Below the pieces are notes generated by a model. The model was not told the DNA's origin. It did no database searches and saw nothing but the letters and a program-made list of their open reading frames with translations. A stretch of DNA of 64,000 nucleotides from Takakia lepidozioides (taxonomy: Eukaryota > Plantae > Bryophyta), in contig CM060732.1 in NCBI GenBank assembly GCA_030704615.1, positions 69,626,001 to 69,690,000 of the forward strand, written 5' to 3'. Both the position numbers and the translations under genes were made by a program. Numbering within the stretch: position 1 is the first letter of the stretch; each line of letters opens with the position of its first letter. Of the stretch, positions 11,867 through 24,140 are shown piece by piece.

Positions 11867-12992
11867 CATTTCATGTTTGTAGTCCCTGTTGGATGTGTAA
11901 TGATACTCATAGAAGTGTGTATGATACTCACGTTACCAGTTTTGAACATTTGGGCCATGACAGTTTAAGTGATGTCCGGCAACCATGTATGTTGGCATTT
12001 AGTCTTGCTCATATGCAGGTGTGCCATGACGGTCTCTAATTTGAATGTAATATCACATTTCCTGACTTGTCGTCATGTCCGTCCACCTTCTATGTGTATG
12101 TGTGATGGTCTTTGGTCTCCCTGTTGCCTCATCTATTTGGTTCATTAGCGTGATGTTGTGCATGCATCGTGGTCTGTGTTCTCAGTCTCGCCCAGTATCA
12201 TTGCTTCTCAATCCCCCCTGCATATGGGTGAACCACTAAAACCAGTAGAATGCATCAGAACCATATTTTCAGCTTAGAATGCAGGTCAGTTGGAAACTCA
12301 CACAAACCACTACAAGTGCTCATTTTTGTGCTTTCCTACTGTAGTGCAACCAACTAGCACAGTGGCAGCGGAGTTGGCCAAAGCAGTCCCGAGATGGCAC
12401 AAGCACTCTACGTCTTTCCACTAGCAGTCGTACCCGTCACTGCCATTGCGTGGGGACGACGCCACGCGTCGACCCACACACTCTCCACGTGGTCTCCGTG
12501 GATTCGTCTACCGGAAGTTGTGCAGTTGACTTCGCCAGTGGCTGTTGCGACGTCACATGCAGCACTCCAAGTGATGTGGCCGAATGCGATGTGGCGTCTT
12601 GGGCCAGTGGCCATGCGGCAGCATTGCCGCTCGTCGCGGCGCCGCCACATCGGCATCCACGTCCGCATCCACGTCCGCGTCCATGTGTCACCGCGCCCCG
12701 GGTGAGTCAGTCCACTCGTCCGGAGGGAAAAGTCAAAGTCAGCCCAAAAGGTTAGACACACGGGCGGCCCGCCTGGTTACGCCACGTGGTTCTTCAGCAT
12801 TAATCGCATTAATCGTTGAGCAGTTGTTCGCGCGTCTACGTCCTTTACCACTCCAATCATTGGATGTCCAACCCAACTACCACGTCTGTTGTAACTAGTC
12901 TGTTGTAACTTCCAGTCGATCCCAATTTTTTGACTTTTACGACTCAAAATGAGTCGTTACCCCAGTGGTAAATGACACGAATGCTTCTAGTG

Positions 12993-13300
12993 TAGTCACA
13001 TATCAAGGAATGCATGTACTAACCAGTCCTAGTCCTAGACCTAGTCACATACCAATGAATGCATGTCCTAATCAGTCCTAGTCCTACTTCTTTCTAGTCA
13101 CATATCAAGGAATGCATGTCCAAATCGGTCCTAGTCCTAGTCATTGTCCTTTTCTAGTCACATTTCAAGGAGTGCATGTACTAATGGAGTACATGTACAT
13201 CGACTTCTAGTCCCTCCAAATCAAATTACATGGAGTGCATGCTATTTTGTCCTATCTAGTCATAATATAAGGAGTGCATGCTAGCGAGTCGTACTTCTAG
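12993..13300. repeat. Intronic degenerate tandem repeat, right half (continuation of 3375-3550)
   Basis: Several copies of TAGTCACAT(A/T)TCAAGGA(A/G)TGCATGT(A/C)C..CAGTCCTAGTCC. Confidence 0.75.
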
Positions 13301-13445
13301 TCCATCCCAGGCCTGTTTACAATGAGTACCAGTCCATGAACAAGAGGAACATCTTCAAGACACTCCAATTCAGGACATGAGCTGGACATAGTGTCCACAA
13401 TTGAGTACAGTAATCTTAGTCCACTGGTAGGTTTACAAGTGACGA

Positions 13446-15402
13446 TGTACCTGGTCTAGGGAAAATGTACGAGGCAACCCAAACAACACAATGGCAGTTG
13501 ACAAACTCCAACATAGTCCAATACAGTTATATACAGTAGTAAGTGTAGAAGGATTGTAAAGTACTGAGAGCCCACACAAACACTGTAAAGAGAGGGTTCT
13601 GTAGTGTGAAAAGAAGGGGCGTGAATCCCCTTCTGCTTAATCCTAAAGCTGTGGTCCTCCCCTCCCCCCCCCCAGTTGATTGTGCCCAGCAAAGGGAAGG
13701 AGCATTCTTACTCTGTCCAACCATCGTCACACGGCTATATGGGTTTTCCTTCAGGTTCGTTCGTGATCAGAGTTTACGGAATCCTCATCCACGCCGCAGC
13801 GGAAGAGAAGACATGGATGGGGAGTTTTTTGAATTGTTCTTGCTCTCGGTTCTACTTCTATACAACAGCCTGGCCCTATGATCACGGCGCCAACAGTGTT
13901 GGCGTGATCTTTTCTGTGATGCAAGCAGCCCAATGGCAGCGGTAAACAGGACCCTTTGTGTGAAGCCCCCTTGAGCAGTGACACGTCGGAAATCCCCTTT
14001 TGTAATGGTGACACAGATTTAGGAGAAGGCAGCTCAGGTCTTCTTGAACTGCAGAGGCACTGGTTTCATTCAAGGTTCAGGTTTTCTTCATCTCACCTCC
14101 CCAAATTGGCCATCCCCCCCCCCCATCAGCCCTTTTGCTGAACAGCTCTCTCATTTCCCAAATCCCCTTTTCTCTCTCTCTCTCTCTCTCTCTTCCCTTT
14201 TTTGTCTGTTTCTCTATCTCTATCTATGTCTACAGGCTCCTCACTTCTTCACAACAACACATCTATCATGTAATGCAAATGCACACTCTGCCAAGCATCC
14301 AGTGCAGCCAGCCTTGAAGTCATCCTCGGTCTCTCAAGACACAACCATCTTCTTCATCAGTCTCTCTCTCCCTCTCTCCCTCTTGTCCCTTCTTCTCTGT
14401 TTCTCTCTCTCTTCACTCATTTCTCTTACTGACACCACAACATCAGGTGCATCCATCCTTTCCATGTTCTGGTTTGAAGTCCAAAGTCTCCATTCCATTT
14501 CAAAAAAACCTTTTCCTCTATCACATGTCTCCACCTTCTCTCTTCTACCAAGATGCAGTCCTAAATCTACCAAAGCAATCTCTAAGTTTCCCCCCAAAAG
14601 AAGCCCACAGTCCACAGACTTATCTGTTTTTATCCTCTAGTGAAGCGGTGGGTCTGCCTGTCAAGGTGGCACCTCGCCATCGCCTGTCAGCAGCCACTTC
14701 AACCTTTTCTCCTTGTCTTGATTCCAGTCTTTATCATGCCATGATGGCTCCTCTTCAGCCCTTGGAACATCCTGTGGCTTGCCCACTAAATCGCTCTATG
14801 CAATTCTTTCTTACGAATCGACCTGGTCCTATAACAAGAAGACACAAAAGTAGCTAGAAGCTTGATGACAGAGAACCTGAGATGCCACATAGCCAGCACT
14901 CCACATGCTTTATCCCCCCCATTGATTGTGTCCAGACTCTCTTCCTTGTGCTTCCAGCAGCTGGCCGTTTTCCTTGCTTGCTCATCTGCCCATAACTGTC
15001 ATCTTCAAGGCAATAGCGGCCGCGGTGGTGCGCCCCTCTCCTTACATGCTCCTATCTCCTGGAATTGATCATCACACTGAGAGAGGCGGCACCACTTCCC
15101 TTTACACAGAATACCAAGCAGAGGCACTTAATGTCGCTTCCTAAACCAAGCAAAATCCCACAGCGTAGGTACAACCTCCCAACAGCAGGCTGCCCTGCCA
15201 ACACCACTGCTCGCAGCAGCTGCGACGAGTCACCCGTCTTCTTCCTCTTTGTTTTTCTCAACCCGTGATTTTAGGTTAAGCACCAGTGATGAAAACGTTC
15301 ATCGCATGGATGAAAATACACACTGTCATGACTTAGCCATTTTTTCTCCTGGCAAAGCATAAGCTCAGTGTGCCCATGAAATTACCTGCATGCAGGGATA
15401 CA
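13446..15402 (-). repeat. 3' LTR of the Gypsy element (approximate bounds)
   Basis: Matches 21927-23246. Candidate termini are TGTA (13446) and TACA (15402), followed by TCCCTCCT (PPT-like on the - strand). Contains (CT)n tracts. Confidence 0.65.
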
Positions 15403-15520
15403 TCCCTCCTGTAGTTGGGATAACGGGCACTCCCATTATGTGATGTAGGTCTTAACGGTAAAACAAAAATGTAATGTCACTCCCCTGCATTCACACTACA
15501 TATGTAGTGTGTCTCCCTTT

Positions 15521-18500
15521 TCAAGTGTCAGGGTCCTCACTGACCACCTTCACTGGCTGATCACCCACTGGTGGTATGAAGGGTTTCAAGTCCCTCCTAC
15601 TTCTTACCCATTCCTTGTTTGCCCCATCTCTTAGCCTGCATCTGCGTGCAGCTTCCCTTGTCCTTGTGGTGTTTCCCGCATCTTTGTACCCCAAAAAGTC
15701 ATAGGGTCCCTCCCATGGAGATGTCATGGAAGACTTCTTCCCAGGCCTCATCATCATCACCTTGCTGTTCTCCATCAACCTGCAGTAGTTGTGCCCTGTT
15801 TGATGTTTCCTTGCATAATCTCTTGCCTGCTGACGCTGCGCTTTCTTCACATTTTTTCGCAGCTTAGCTTTTATCTCTGAGAGGAGCTGGATTTTTTTTT
15901 GCATCATAAGTGTGACCTCTGCAACAGATCCATCAAGATTTACTGCTGTTGTGAGAAAGTGCAACCTGTTATCGATCCCTAGTCTTGGAATCCTACCAGT
16001 CAGCACTTGAAAAGGTGAGAATCCTGTTGAAGCATGAATACCCGTTCTGTAACCAAACAAGGCTTTGTATAGGTTCTGATCCCACTCAGTGTCGTTTCCA
16101 ACTCCCAAGGTGGTGATGCTCTGCTTGAGTGACTCAATCACTCTTTCCACCATACCAAGCGGCCAGTAGGGAGCGCTATGCTCTCTTTTTATACCATATT
16201 CGCGGCAGGTATCTTCAAACTCACCTGTGCCAGTGAGCAATGTGTGGGGGCAGCTATACCTGTTAATGACTTCCTCCTCAAGAAAGCGGGCAGTAAGTGC
16301 TGCTGTATGATCTGCCACTGGTGCAGAATCTATCCATTTTGAGAAGTGATCTATTGCCACTAGAAAGTACTGATTTCCCCTGCTGGTTATAGGTAATGGT
16401 CCTGCCGTGTCAATTGCAACTCTGAAAAACAGATCCACTACTGGAATATTGTGCAGTTTTGAGCTACCTGAGCGCAACACCCCGTTCTGTTTAGCCATCT
16501 GACATTCGCCACAGCCTTTGAGTACTTGCCTGATGAGTTTTGTTCTGTCATGCCAGAAATACCGTCGACATATCTCCTCTTGTGTTCTTCGGACTCCAAA
16601 ATGGCCCGTGGCCTTATGCACTTCAGTGATTATTGCCTCTCTGTCCGTTCTTGGTGGAACTACCCTTCCCTCAAAGTAGACCTCACCCTTGAGATAGGAG
16701 TACTGCCTGGCCCCCTGTTGGCTCTTTTGCTCTCCTCCTTTGTCAGATAGTCATTGACTTCTCCAAAACATAAGAGATGCATAACTTCCACATCATCCAG
16801 TACATCAGGTTGCCTTTCCTCCTTAACAGCCACCGTATGATTGTCAGAGCTGATGAGAGACCTTTTCCCCCATCTTTCAGCTTCGCGTAATAGTGACATC
16901 TGAGTGGCCTTGGTGGGTGTGCTCCATGGCACCCAGTCCCCTTCATCATCCCTGTTATAAGAAGAAGTGTCTTGTTCGGAACAATGTGGCCCATCACTGT
17001 CTGAAGAAAAAAATGTCTTGGTGGAACACTCACCCCCCCATGTTCTCTTCAACTGGCCATTCTGACGAGGAAGTCACCCGAGTTTTTTTTTTGTTTCTGT
17101 GCTTGTAGATTGTTGAAGAATGGTGTTTCTTGCAAGCTTCCCTCTTCATCGTTTGATCGTTCCTTCACAATTTTGCCGGCTGGCTGTACCTTGCTTAGCT
17201 CCTGATCACGAGCATGAGATCCTTGGGTAATCACATGGATGGTGGGACAAAAGGCCATCAGATCTTCCTCTTCTTTGTTGTTGATTGCAGGATCCTCCTT
17301 TTTCCTGCACCCATATCTTTCCAAATACCCTCCCTGACCAGATTGACAGGACTTGATTGATCAATTCCCTTTCCTTGTTTCTTGGCAGCCAAAGTCTATG
17401 CAACAAAAGTCACCCTTTTTTCCTCCCCATTTGGCATTGTACCTGGTTTCAGTCCTCCTTTCAATACACCATGAGCCTTGGTCAACCTTCCACCTGTGGA
17501 AGAGCTATCTATTCCAGGAACGAACTCAAATGAAAAGTCACCAAGCAAATCTATTCCTATGTGGTGCTCTGAGTACAGCCACCAATATGGGTCCAGATCT
17601 GTTTCTAAAGAAAAATGACTTCCCAACAGTGTTTTTTTTGAAATGCCAAAACCCCACACACATGCATAGTACTCTTCTCTTTTGCAGATCATTTCCCCTC
17701 TTTCACTACTATACCCCACTTGCCTATGAGCCTCTTCTCTCAACTCCTTCTTACCCTCCTTAAATTGAAATAGATAAGCCTTGATGGCACCCCTATCCCA
17801 CTCTAGTTTAAGAAGATAGGCTCCATCCCTCTTCCTTCCTTCCCTTTTCTGTCTGTATAAAGAAGTAGAGTATACCTCGATTTCCTCGATTTCCTCTGCT
17901 GGTCCCACTGGATACTTGCTTAGCGCATCTACGTTAGCATGCCTAGCACCTGCCCTATGAACAATTTTAAACTCAAATCTTGTAACATCATGATCCATCT
18001 ACCCCTGCGTCCATATGCGTCACTTACCGTTGCCAACCACTCCAGCGGTTTGTGATCAAACCTGATTACAAAAGGGGTTCCATACAGGTACTGCCTAAAG
18101 TGTAATACTCCCCAAACCAGGGCATAGCATTCACCTTCCATAGGGTGATATTTGTGCTGAGCATCAGATAGTACCTTACTGGCGTATGCAATGACCCTCT
18201 CCTTTTTATACTCCTTTTGTGACAAGACTGCCCCTACTCCTTTGATGGACCAGTCAACATCCAAGACGAACGGTCTTGAGAAATCTGGTCTTGCCAGGAT
18301 GGGAGCAGTTACCAACTTCACCTGTAAGGCAGAAAAGGCGTTTTGTGCCTCTGCACTCCAGATAAACTTCACATCTTTCTTGGTTAGAGTGAACAAGGGT
18401 ACTGCCACTCCAGCATATCCTTTGACATAGGGCCTATAGTACCCTGTCATGCCTAAGTAGCTTTTGAGAGCAGTGTGGTTTTTGGGCAAGGGAAACCTTT

Positions 18501-21500
18501 CAATAACAGCTATCTTATCTGGATCAGGCCACGTTCCCTCTTCAGAGATCACATGCCCAAGGAATACCAACTGTAAGTTGGCAAAGTAACACTGTCCGGA
18601 TTGAGCCTAAGATTGGCCTTTCTAATCTTTCTCAGTACTCTCTTTATATGTCCCACGTGATCTCCCCAGTCCTTGCTATGGATATTGACGTCATCTACAA
18701 AAACTTTAGCGCAATCTTTGATTTCTTCTTTGAGCACCATATTCATTGTTCTCTGAAAGGTAGCAGTGGCATTTTTTAGCCCGAATGGCATGACTAGCCA
18801 TTCATACAATCCTTTTTTTGTGATCATTGCTGTTTTGCTTATGTCTCGGTCGTCCATTTTGATCTGCCAAAAACCAGATTGTAAATCCAGCGCAGAAAAC
18901 CACTTGGCTTTCCCAACAACTGGTTTAAAACATCCTGAATTAATGGCATAGGGTAAGAGTCCCTTCTGGTTAATAAACGGTTTACTGGCCTAAAATCACC
19001 ACAAAACCGCTTGGATCCATCCTTTTTTTGGTGGAAGGGTAACTGGACACGACCATTCTGAACTACTCTCTCTCATCTTGCCTTGTGAGATCAAAGTCTC
19101 AATTTGTCCTTGTACCTCGTTTTCCTCCCACTCTGATAGGCGGCTGGGACGACTTCTGCAAGGGGAAAGCCTTGAGTATCAATTGTATGTTCCACTCACT
19201 GCAATAACCTAAGTCAGCCTTGCTAAGAGCAAAACATTCCTGATTTGCTTTTAGCTCTTGCTCCAGCTCTTCCTTTGTTCTGGAGCGAGCTCTGGGTTGA
19301 TGTGTAGCTGCATTTCAGACTTTCTCCAACGACTCTCAATTCTTCCTCTTGAATGGGTTCTAAAAACGCGTTCCCTCCACCTGGCTTAGAGTTAGCTACG
19401 TCTCTGTCTTCCCCCTCCCGTGGTTTCAACAAAAACAACTGATTCCAATCATGGAAATCCATCCTCTTTTTCTACGTTCCTGAAGGAGTTCAGACATCCT
19501 TGGTCTTCGAACAGGTCCTCCCCTAGGCTGACCTCATCTATTATCTCCTCAACATCCTTCAGTACTGTATCTACCTCCTCACTCTCTTCAGAACCTCCCA
19601 TCTCCTCATCCTTATCAGATTTAGAGGTGTCAGAACCTGAGGATCCTTCCTCCGTGTCCTCATACTCTTCCTCTGGGTTTCTTTCTTTCTCCCACAAGCC
19701 TAGGTACTGCTCATCTGACGTCAGGGTTAAGACATTACCTGCTGACGTACTGCCTGCATACCGCACTCTGCTCTCGACCCCTCTATGGCAGGCTGTTCTG
19801 GTAACTGCAGGGCTCATTATAATTTATGGTGTGCAAAGGGAAGTGAGCAAAATCCTTTCCTGGCCATAGCGCACACGAATTGTTTCAGCTTCGGTGTGTC
19901 AACTACAGCGCCAAACTTTTTGAGAAAGTCTAATCCCAGCAGCATGTGATATGTATCCGTGTTCACCACCATAAAGGACAAACGATTGGTCAGCTCTCCT
20001 ACTTTGACCTGATGTCCTCAAGTCTGCCCATTGCAGTCTCAAGAGCACCAGAGGCTACTCTGTAATTTACATCCTTACTAGTAATGACAGATCCCATCAG
20101 ACCAAGATCCCTTACAGTACTCGCGGATATTACTGACAGTCAATCTGGCCTAATACTTGGTAATCTCCCATTGTAATCATCACATGATGTGCCTTTACTT
20201 TACCAGTATAAGCATATGAGATTGGGGTTCAGCGTGTGCTGAGTACAAAGGTCTTGGTACATCCCTCACAACTTCTACACTGTGAGTTGTCTCCCTTTGT
20301 TGTACCATTGCCCTTTCCACCACTTTGACCAGCCCTTTCAATGTTGTCTAGTCTCGGGGCACAGTCATGATTAGATCCATTCGTACCTCCTTCTATGGCA
20401 GTCTTGAAATTGTTCTTTGGGTAGATTTCACTCTTGGTCCTGCTTGGCTATTCACTGCTCTCACTATTCCTTTCTGGTTACCCTGTGGGTTCAACAATCG
20501 GACTCTGGACAGGGATACGTATCCTTGGAAGTCTGACTTCAGTGATACTATTTTGTGACATCAGATTTGTCATTTCTGCGAGTACATCATCCTCATCATC
20601 ATAGAACACATCTACAAAGTTAGTTCCCGGAGTTCCCATCATAGTCTGGTCGTCTACTGCACTCACTCTCTGTATGCCCGAGTAGCTTGCAAAAGTTGCA
20701 TCTCACACCACACATTTCCGTGGAATGCCCGAACCGGTGACATTTGTCACACTTAGCTGGGGTTCTTCCTTCAGGACAATATGCAGCTATGTGACCTTCT
20801 TTGTGACAAACATTACAAAGGCGAACACGAGGTGGTGTTCTAGATCCCGAGCTTTCTCCTATGACTGGTCCCCTATCAAAGTACTTCTGTAGGATAGTGT
20901 TCAGCTGATCAAGTCTTCTGTCCACAGGGTTGACAAACACAACTGACTCATCTGTATCATCTCCTTCCAATGGCTCTAGAGGTATTTCCCCTAACTTTCC
21001 CAGGCCCCTTTCAATCTCAATGGCTGTGTCAAGTGCTTCCTCTACATCAAGGAAGCGCCTGCCGAGCATTACTCTTGCTATTTCTGGTCTCAAACCCGCT
21101 GCAAATCTACGCCTCTGTTCCAAATCAGACGCCCCACTTCTTATAAATAACCGGTTCAACCTATTGAAGTATGTTTGAACCCTTTGTCTACTCTCCTGTT
21201 TGATGGTATCCATTCTTAGCCTGATTTCTGCCAAGTCAATGATACCAAACTTGGCTGAAATGGCTCCCCTGAAATCTTCCCAGTTGTCTGGCCTAGGGTT
21301 TGTTTACGGTACCATTCATCAGCCTTGGCTCTCAGGTTGAGCCTTGCTACTTTGAAAGTTTTGTCCTCATTTAAATCCCTGACATCTGCCTCCATCTGAA
21401 TTCTTTCCAGCCAGTCATTCACATCCTCACTATTCCTACCATGATAAGGCACGTCTATGCTAGTTGGACTGGTCATTCTTCTATACTCTAGTCGAAGTTC

Positions 21501-21871
21501 CAACTGTTTCAACACCTAATTCTGACTCTAATTTTCCTGCAACTCCCTTAATGCTGACCTCTATACCACTCCCACTGTCCATTTTGCAACATCTCTACTC
21601 TACCTCCCCATGTCACCTCTCGTGCCATGGTATTTATCTTCTCCCACCTTCCTAACTCTCTTATCCAAAGTGCTATGGTTGTTCTTCCACCAATATGTAT
21701 CACTCTAAGACATAAATCACCATTAGCTATTCTCCAAGCAGGGTTGAAGAAGTACAAGCAAGGGTCTGCGTGGGCATTTGGTGTGCATCTGCTGAAGCAA
21801 ATCAGCACATCTCCAATGATTGGTTCATCAGGAATCAGTGTGTGGTCTCTGCCTACCATCAAACCATCCAA
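15521..21871 (-). pseudogene. Gypsy gag-pol (frameshifted): Gag with 3 CCHC knuckles, aspartic protease, RT, RNase H, integrase with GPY/F motif
   Basis: Gag 21515-20620; protease C-terminal MLLGLDFLKK near 19930; RT MPFGLKNA..VFVDDV (18549-18857); RH LDVDWS..GAVLSQ..EGECYALVWG..DHKPL (17929-18570); INT H..GHFG..C..CQ, IDTAGPLP, GMVER, WEGPY (15521-16621). No chromodomain seen. Confidence 0.9.
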
Positions 21872-21915
21872 TACCAGTCAAGATCCCTAGCTAGTAGAAA
21901 TCACGATTTAACGAA

Positions 21916-21927
21916 GCTCTGATACCA
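21916..21927 (-). other. Primer-binding site complementary to the 3' end of tRNA-iMet
   Basis: GCTCTGATACCA is the reverse complement of TGGTATCAGAGC and lies immediately internal to the 5' LTR. Confidence 0.9.
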
Positions 21928-22479
21928 AAAGAAGGGGCGTGAATCCCCTTCTGCTTAATCCTAAAGCTGTGGTCCTCCCCTCCCCCCCCCAGTTGATTGT
22001 GCCCAACAAAGGGAAGGAGCATTCTTACTCTGTCCAACCATTATCACACGGCTATATGGGTTTTCCTTCAGGTTCGTTCGTGATCAGAGTTTACGAAATC
22101 CTCATCCACGCCGCAGCGGAAGAGAAGACATGGATGGGGAGTTTTTTGAATTGTTCTTGCTCTCGGTTCTACTTCTATACAACAGCCTGGCCCTATGATC
22201 ACGGCGCCAACAGTGTTGGCGTGATCTTTTCTGTGATGCAAGCAACCCAATGGCAGCGGTAAATAGGACCCTTTGTGTGAAGCCCCCTTGAGCAGTGACA
22301 CGTCGGAAATCCCCTTTTGTAATGGTGACACAGATTTAGGAGAAGGCAGCTCAGGTCTTCTTGAACTGCAGAGGCACTGGTTTCATTCAAGGTTCAGGTT
22401 TTCTCATCTCACCTCCCCAAATTGGCCATCCCCACCCCCCCCAGCCCTTTGCTGAACAGCTCTCTCATTTCCCAAATCC

Positions 22480-22528
<49 letters not shown>

Positions 22529-23246
22529 CTTTTTCGTCTGTTTCTCTATCTCTGTCTATGTCTACAGGCTCCTCACTTCTTCACAACAACACATCTATCA
22601 TGTAATGCAAATGCACACTCTGCCAAGCATCCAGTGCAGCCAGCCTTGAAGTCATCCTTGGTCTCTCAAGACACAACCATCTTCTTCACCAGTCTCTCTC
22701 TCCCTCTCTCCCTCTTGTCCCTTCTTCTCTGTTTCTCTCTCTCTTCACTCATTTCTCTACTGACACCACAAAATCAGGTTGCACCCATCCTTTCCATGTT
22801 TTGGTTAAGTCCAGAGTCTCCATTCCATTTCAAAAAACCTTTTCCCTCTATCACATGTCTCCACCTTCTCTCTTCTACCAAGATGCAGTCCTAAATCTAC
22901 CAAAGCAATTTCTAAGTTTCCCCTCAAAAGAAGCCCACAGTCCACAGACTTATCTTTTTTATCCTCTAGTGAAGCGGTGGTCTGCCTGTCAAGGTGGCAC
23001 CTCGCCATCGCCTGTCAGCAGCCACTTCAACCTTTTCTCCTTGTCTTGATTCCAGTCTTTATCATGCCATGATGGCTCCTCTTCAGCCTTGGAACATCCT
23101 GGTGGCTTGCCCACTAAATCGCTCTATGCAATTCTTTCTTACGAATCGACCTGGTCCTATAACAAGAAGACACAAAAGCAGCTAGAAGCTTGATGACAAA
23201 GAACCTGAGATGCCACATAGCCAGCACTCCACATGCTTTATCCCTG
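21927..23246 (-). repeat. 5' LTR of the Gypsy element (truncated by the N gap)
   Basis: Near-identical to 13609-14915 with scattered substitutions and microsatellite length changes. Confidence 0.9.
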
Positions 23247-23746
23247 NNNNNNNNNNNNNNNNNNNNNNNNNNNNNNNNNNNNNNNNNNNNNNNNNNNNNN
23301 NNNNNNNNNNNNNNNNNNNNNNNNNNNNNNNNNNNNNNNNNNNNNNNNNNNNNNNNNNNNNNNNNNNNNNNNNNNNNNNNNNNNNNNNNNNNNNNNNNNN
23401 NNNNNNNNNNNNNNNNNNNNNNNNNNNNNNNNNNNNNNNNNNNNNNNNNNNNNNNNNNNNNNNNNNNNNNNNNNNNNNNNNNNNNNNNNNNNNNNNNNNN
23501 NNNNNNNNNNNNNNNNNNNNNNNNNNNNNNNNNNNNNNNNNNNNNNNNNNNNNNNNNNNNNNNNNNNNNNNNNNNNNNNNNNNNNNNNNNNNNNNNNNNN
23601 NNNNNNNNNNNNNNNNNNNNNNNNNNNNNNNNNNNNNNNNNNNNNNNNNNNNNNNNNNNNNNNNNNNNNNNNNNNNNNNNNNNNNNNNNNNNNNNNNNNN
23701 NNNNNNNNNNNNNNNNNNNNNNNNNNNNNNNNNNNNNNNNNNNNNN
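23247..23746. other. Assembly gap (500 N)
   Basis: Run of N. Confidence 1.
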
Positions 23747-24140
23747 TATGGAAGCCTTATTTCCAGTGGATTCTTGTTATCTACCATGAGAACGGAATGG
23801 GGAAAAAGAATGGAATTGGAAGATTTCAATTAAGGGTCAGGAAACATGAATTATACCATGTGGAAGAAGTACGTGCTGATGCAACTGATAACATGACCAG
23901 ATTCAGATGAAGAGGAAGGAACAGTTTGATGAAGGCAAATTAAAGACTTTTTAAGACGGGAGATTTGGTTCTCTGGTTGCAGAAGAAGGGGAAGATTAAA
24001 GCTCTAAGCTTAAATCACCATGGAAAGGACCTTATGTCATACAGAGATGTATGATACAACACACCGCCATGTTACAACCATTAACAAAGAGATGCTGGGA
24101 AGAGTCAATGCCAATAAGTTGAAGGGGTACAGTGGTATCC
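23747..24140 (+). mobile_element. Second Ty3/Gypsy remnant: integrase C-terminus; possible 3' region/LTR extends toward ~26 kb
   Basis: Frameshifted FKTGDLVLW..KSPWKGPYVI..LGRVNANKLKGY, the GPY/F region of Gypsy integrases. Opposite strand and different sequence from the first element. Confidence 0.7.

Larger units (their letters stand above)
3551..12992. mobile_element. CACTA (En/Spm) DNA transposon, 9442 bp, both ends intact, probably non-autonomous
   Basis: Perfect 19-bp TIRs: CACTAGAAGCATTCGTGTC (3551-3569) and GACACGAATGCTTCTAGTG (12974-12992). 3-bp TSD TAG at 3548-3550 and 12993-12995. Subterminal CGACT/AGTCG repeats at both ends. Encodes TnpD-like and TnpA-like fragments. Confidence 0.95.
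13446..23246 (-). mobile_element. Ty3/Gypsy LTR retrotransposon, decayed; 5' LTR runs into the assembly gap
   Basis: Two near-identical LTR copies (13609 onward matches 21927-23246), a tRNA-iMet PBS, and domain order gag-PR-RT-RH-INT on the - strand with many frameshifts. The left boundary (13446 versus ~13607) is uncertain. Confidence 0.92.

Noticed and set aside
14044-14640. 198-aa Leu/Ser-rich ORF (and its twin at 22361-22894)
   Set aside because: Produced by (CT)n tracts within the LTRs; the frame differs between the two LTR copies.
16650-17900. Archaeal-type RNase H (Tat lineage) between RH and INT
   Set aside because: No DG(A/S)..NPG-type motif is visible in the translated frames.
23182-23910. 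Long ORFs in the ORF track spanning this region
   Set aside because: Artefacts of the 500-N gap.
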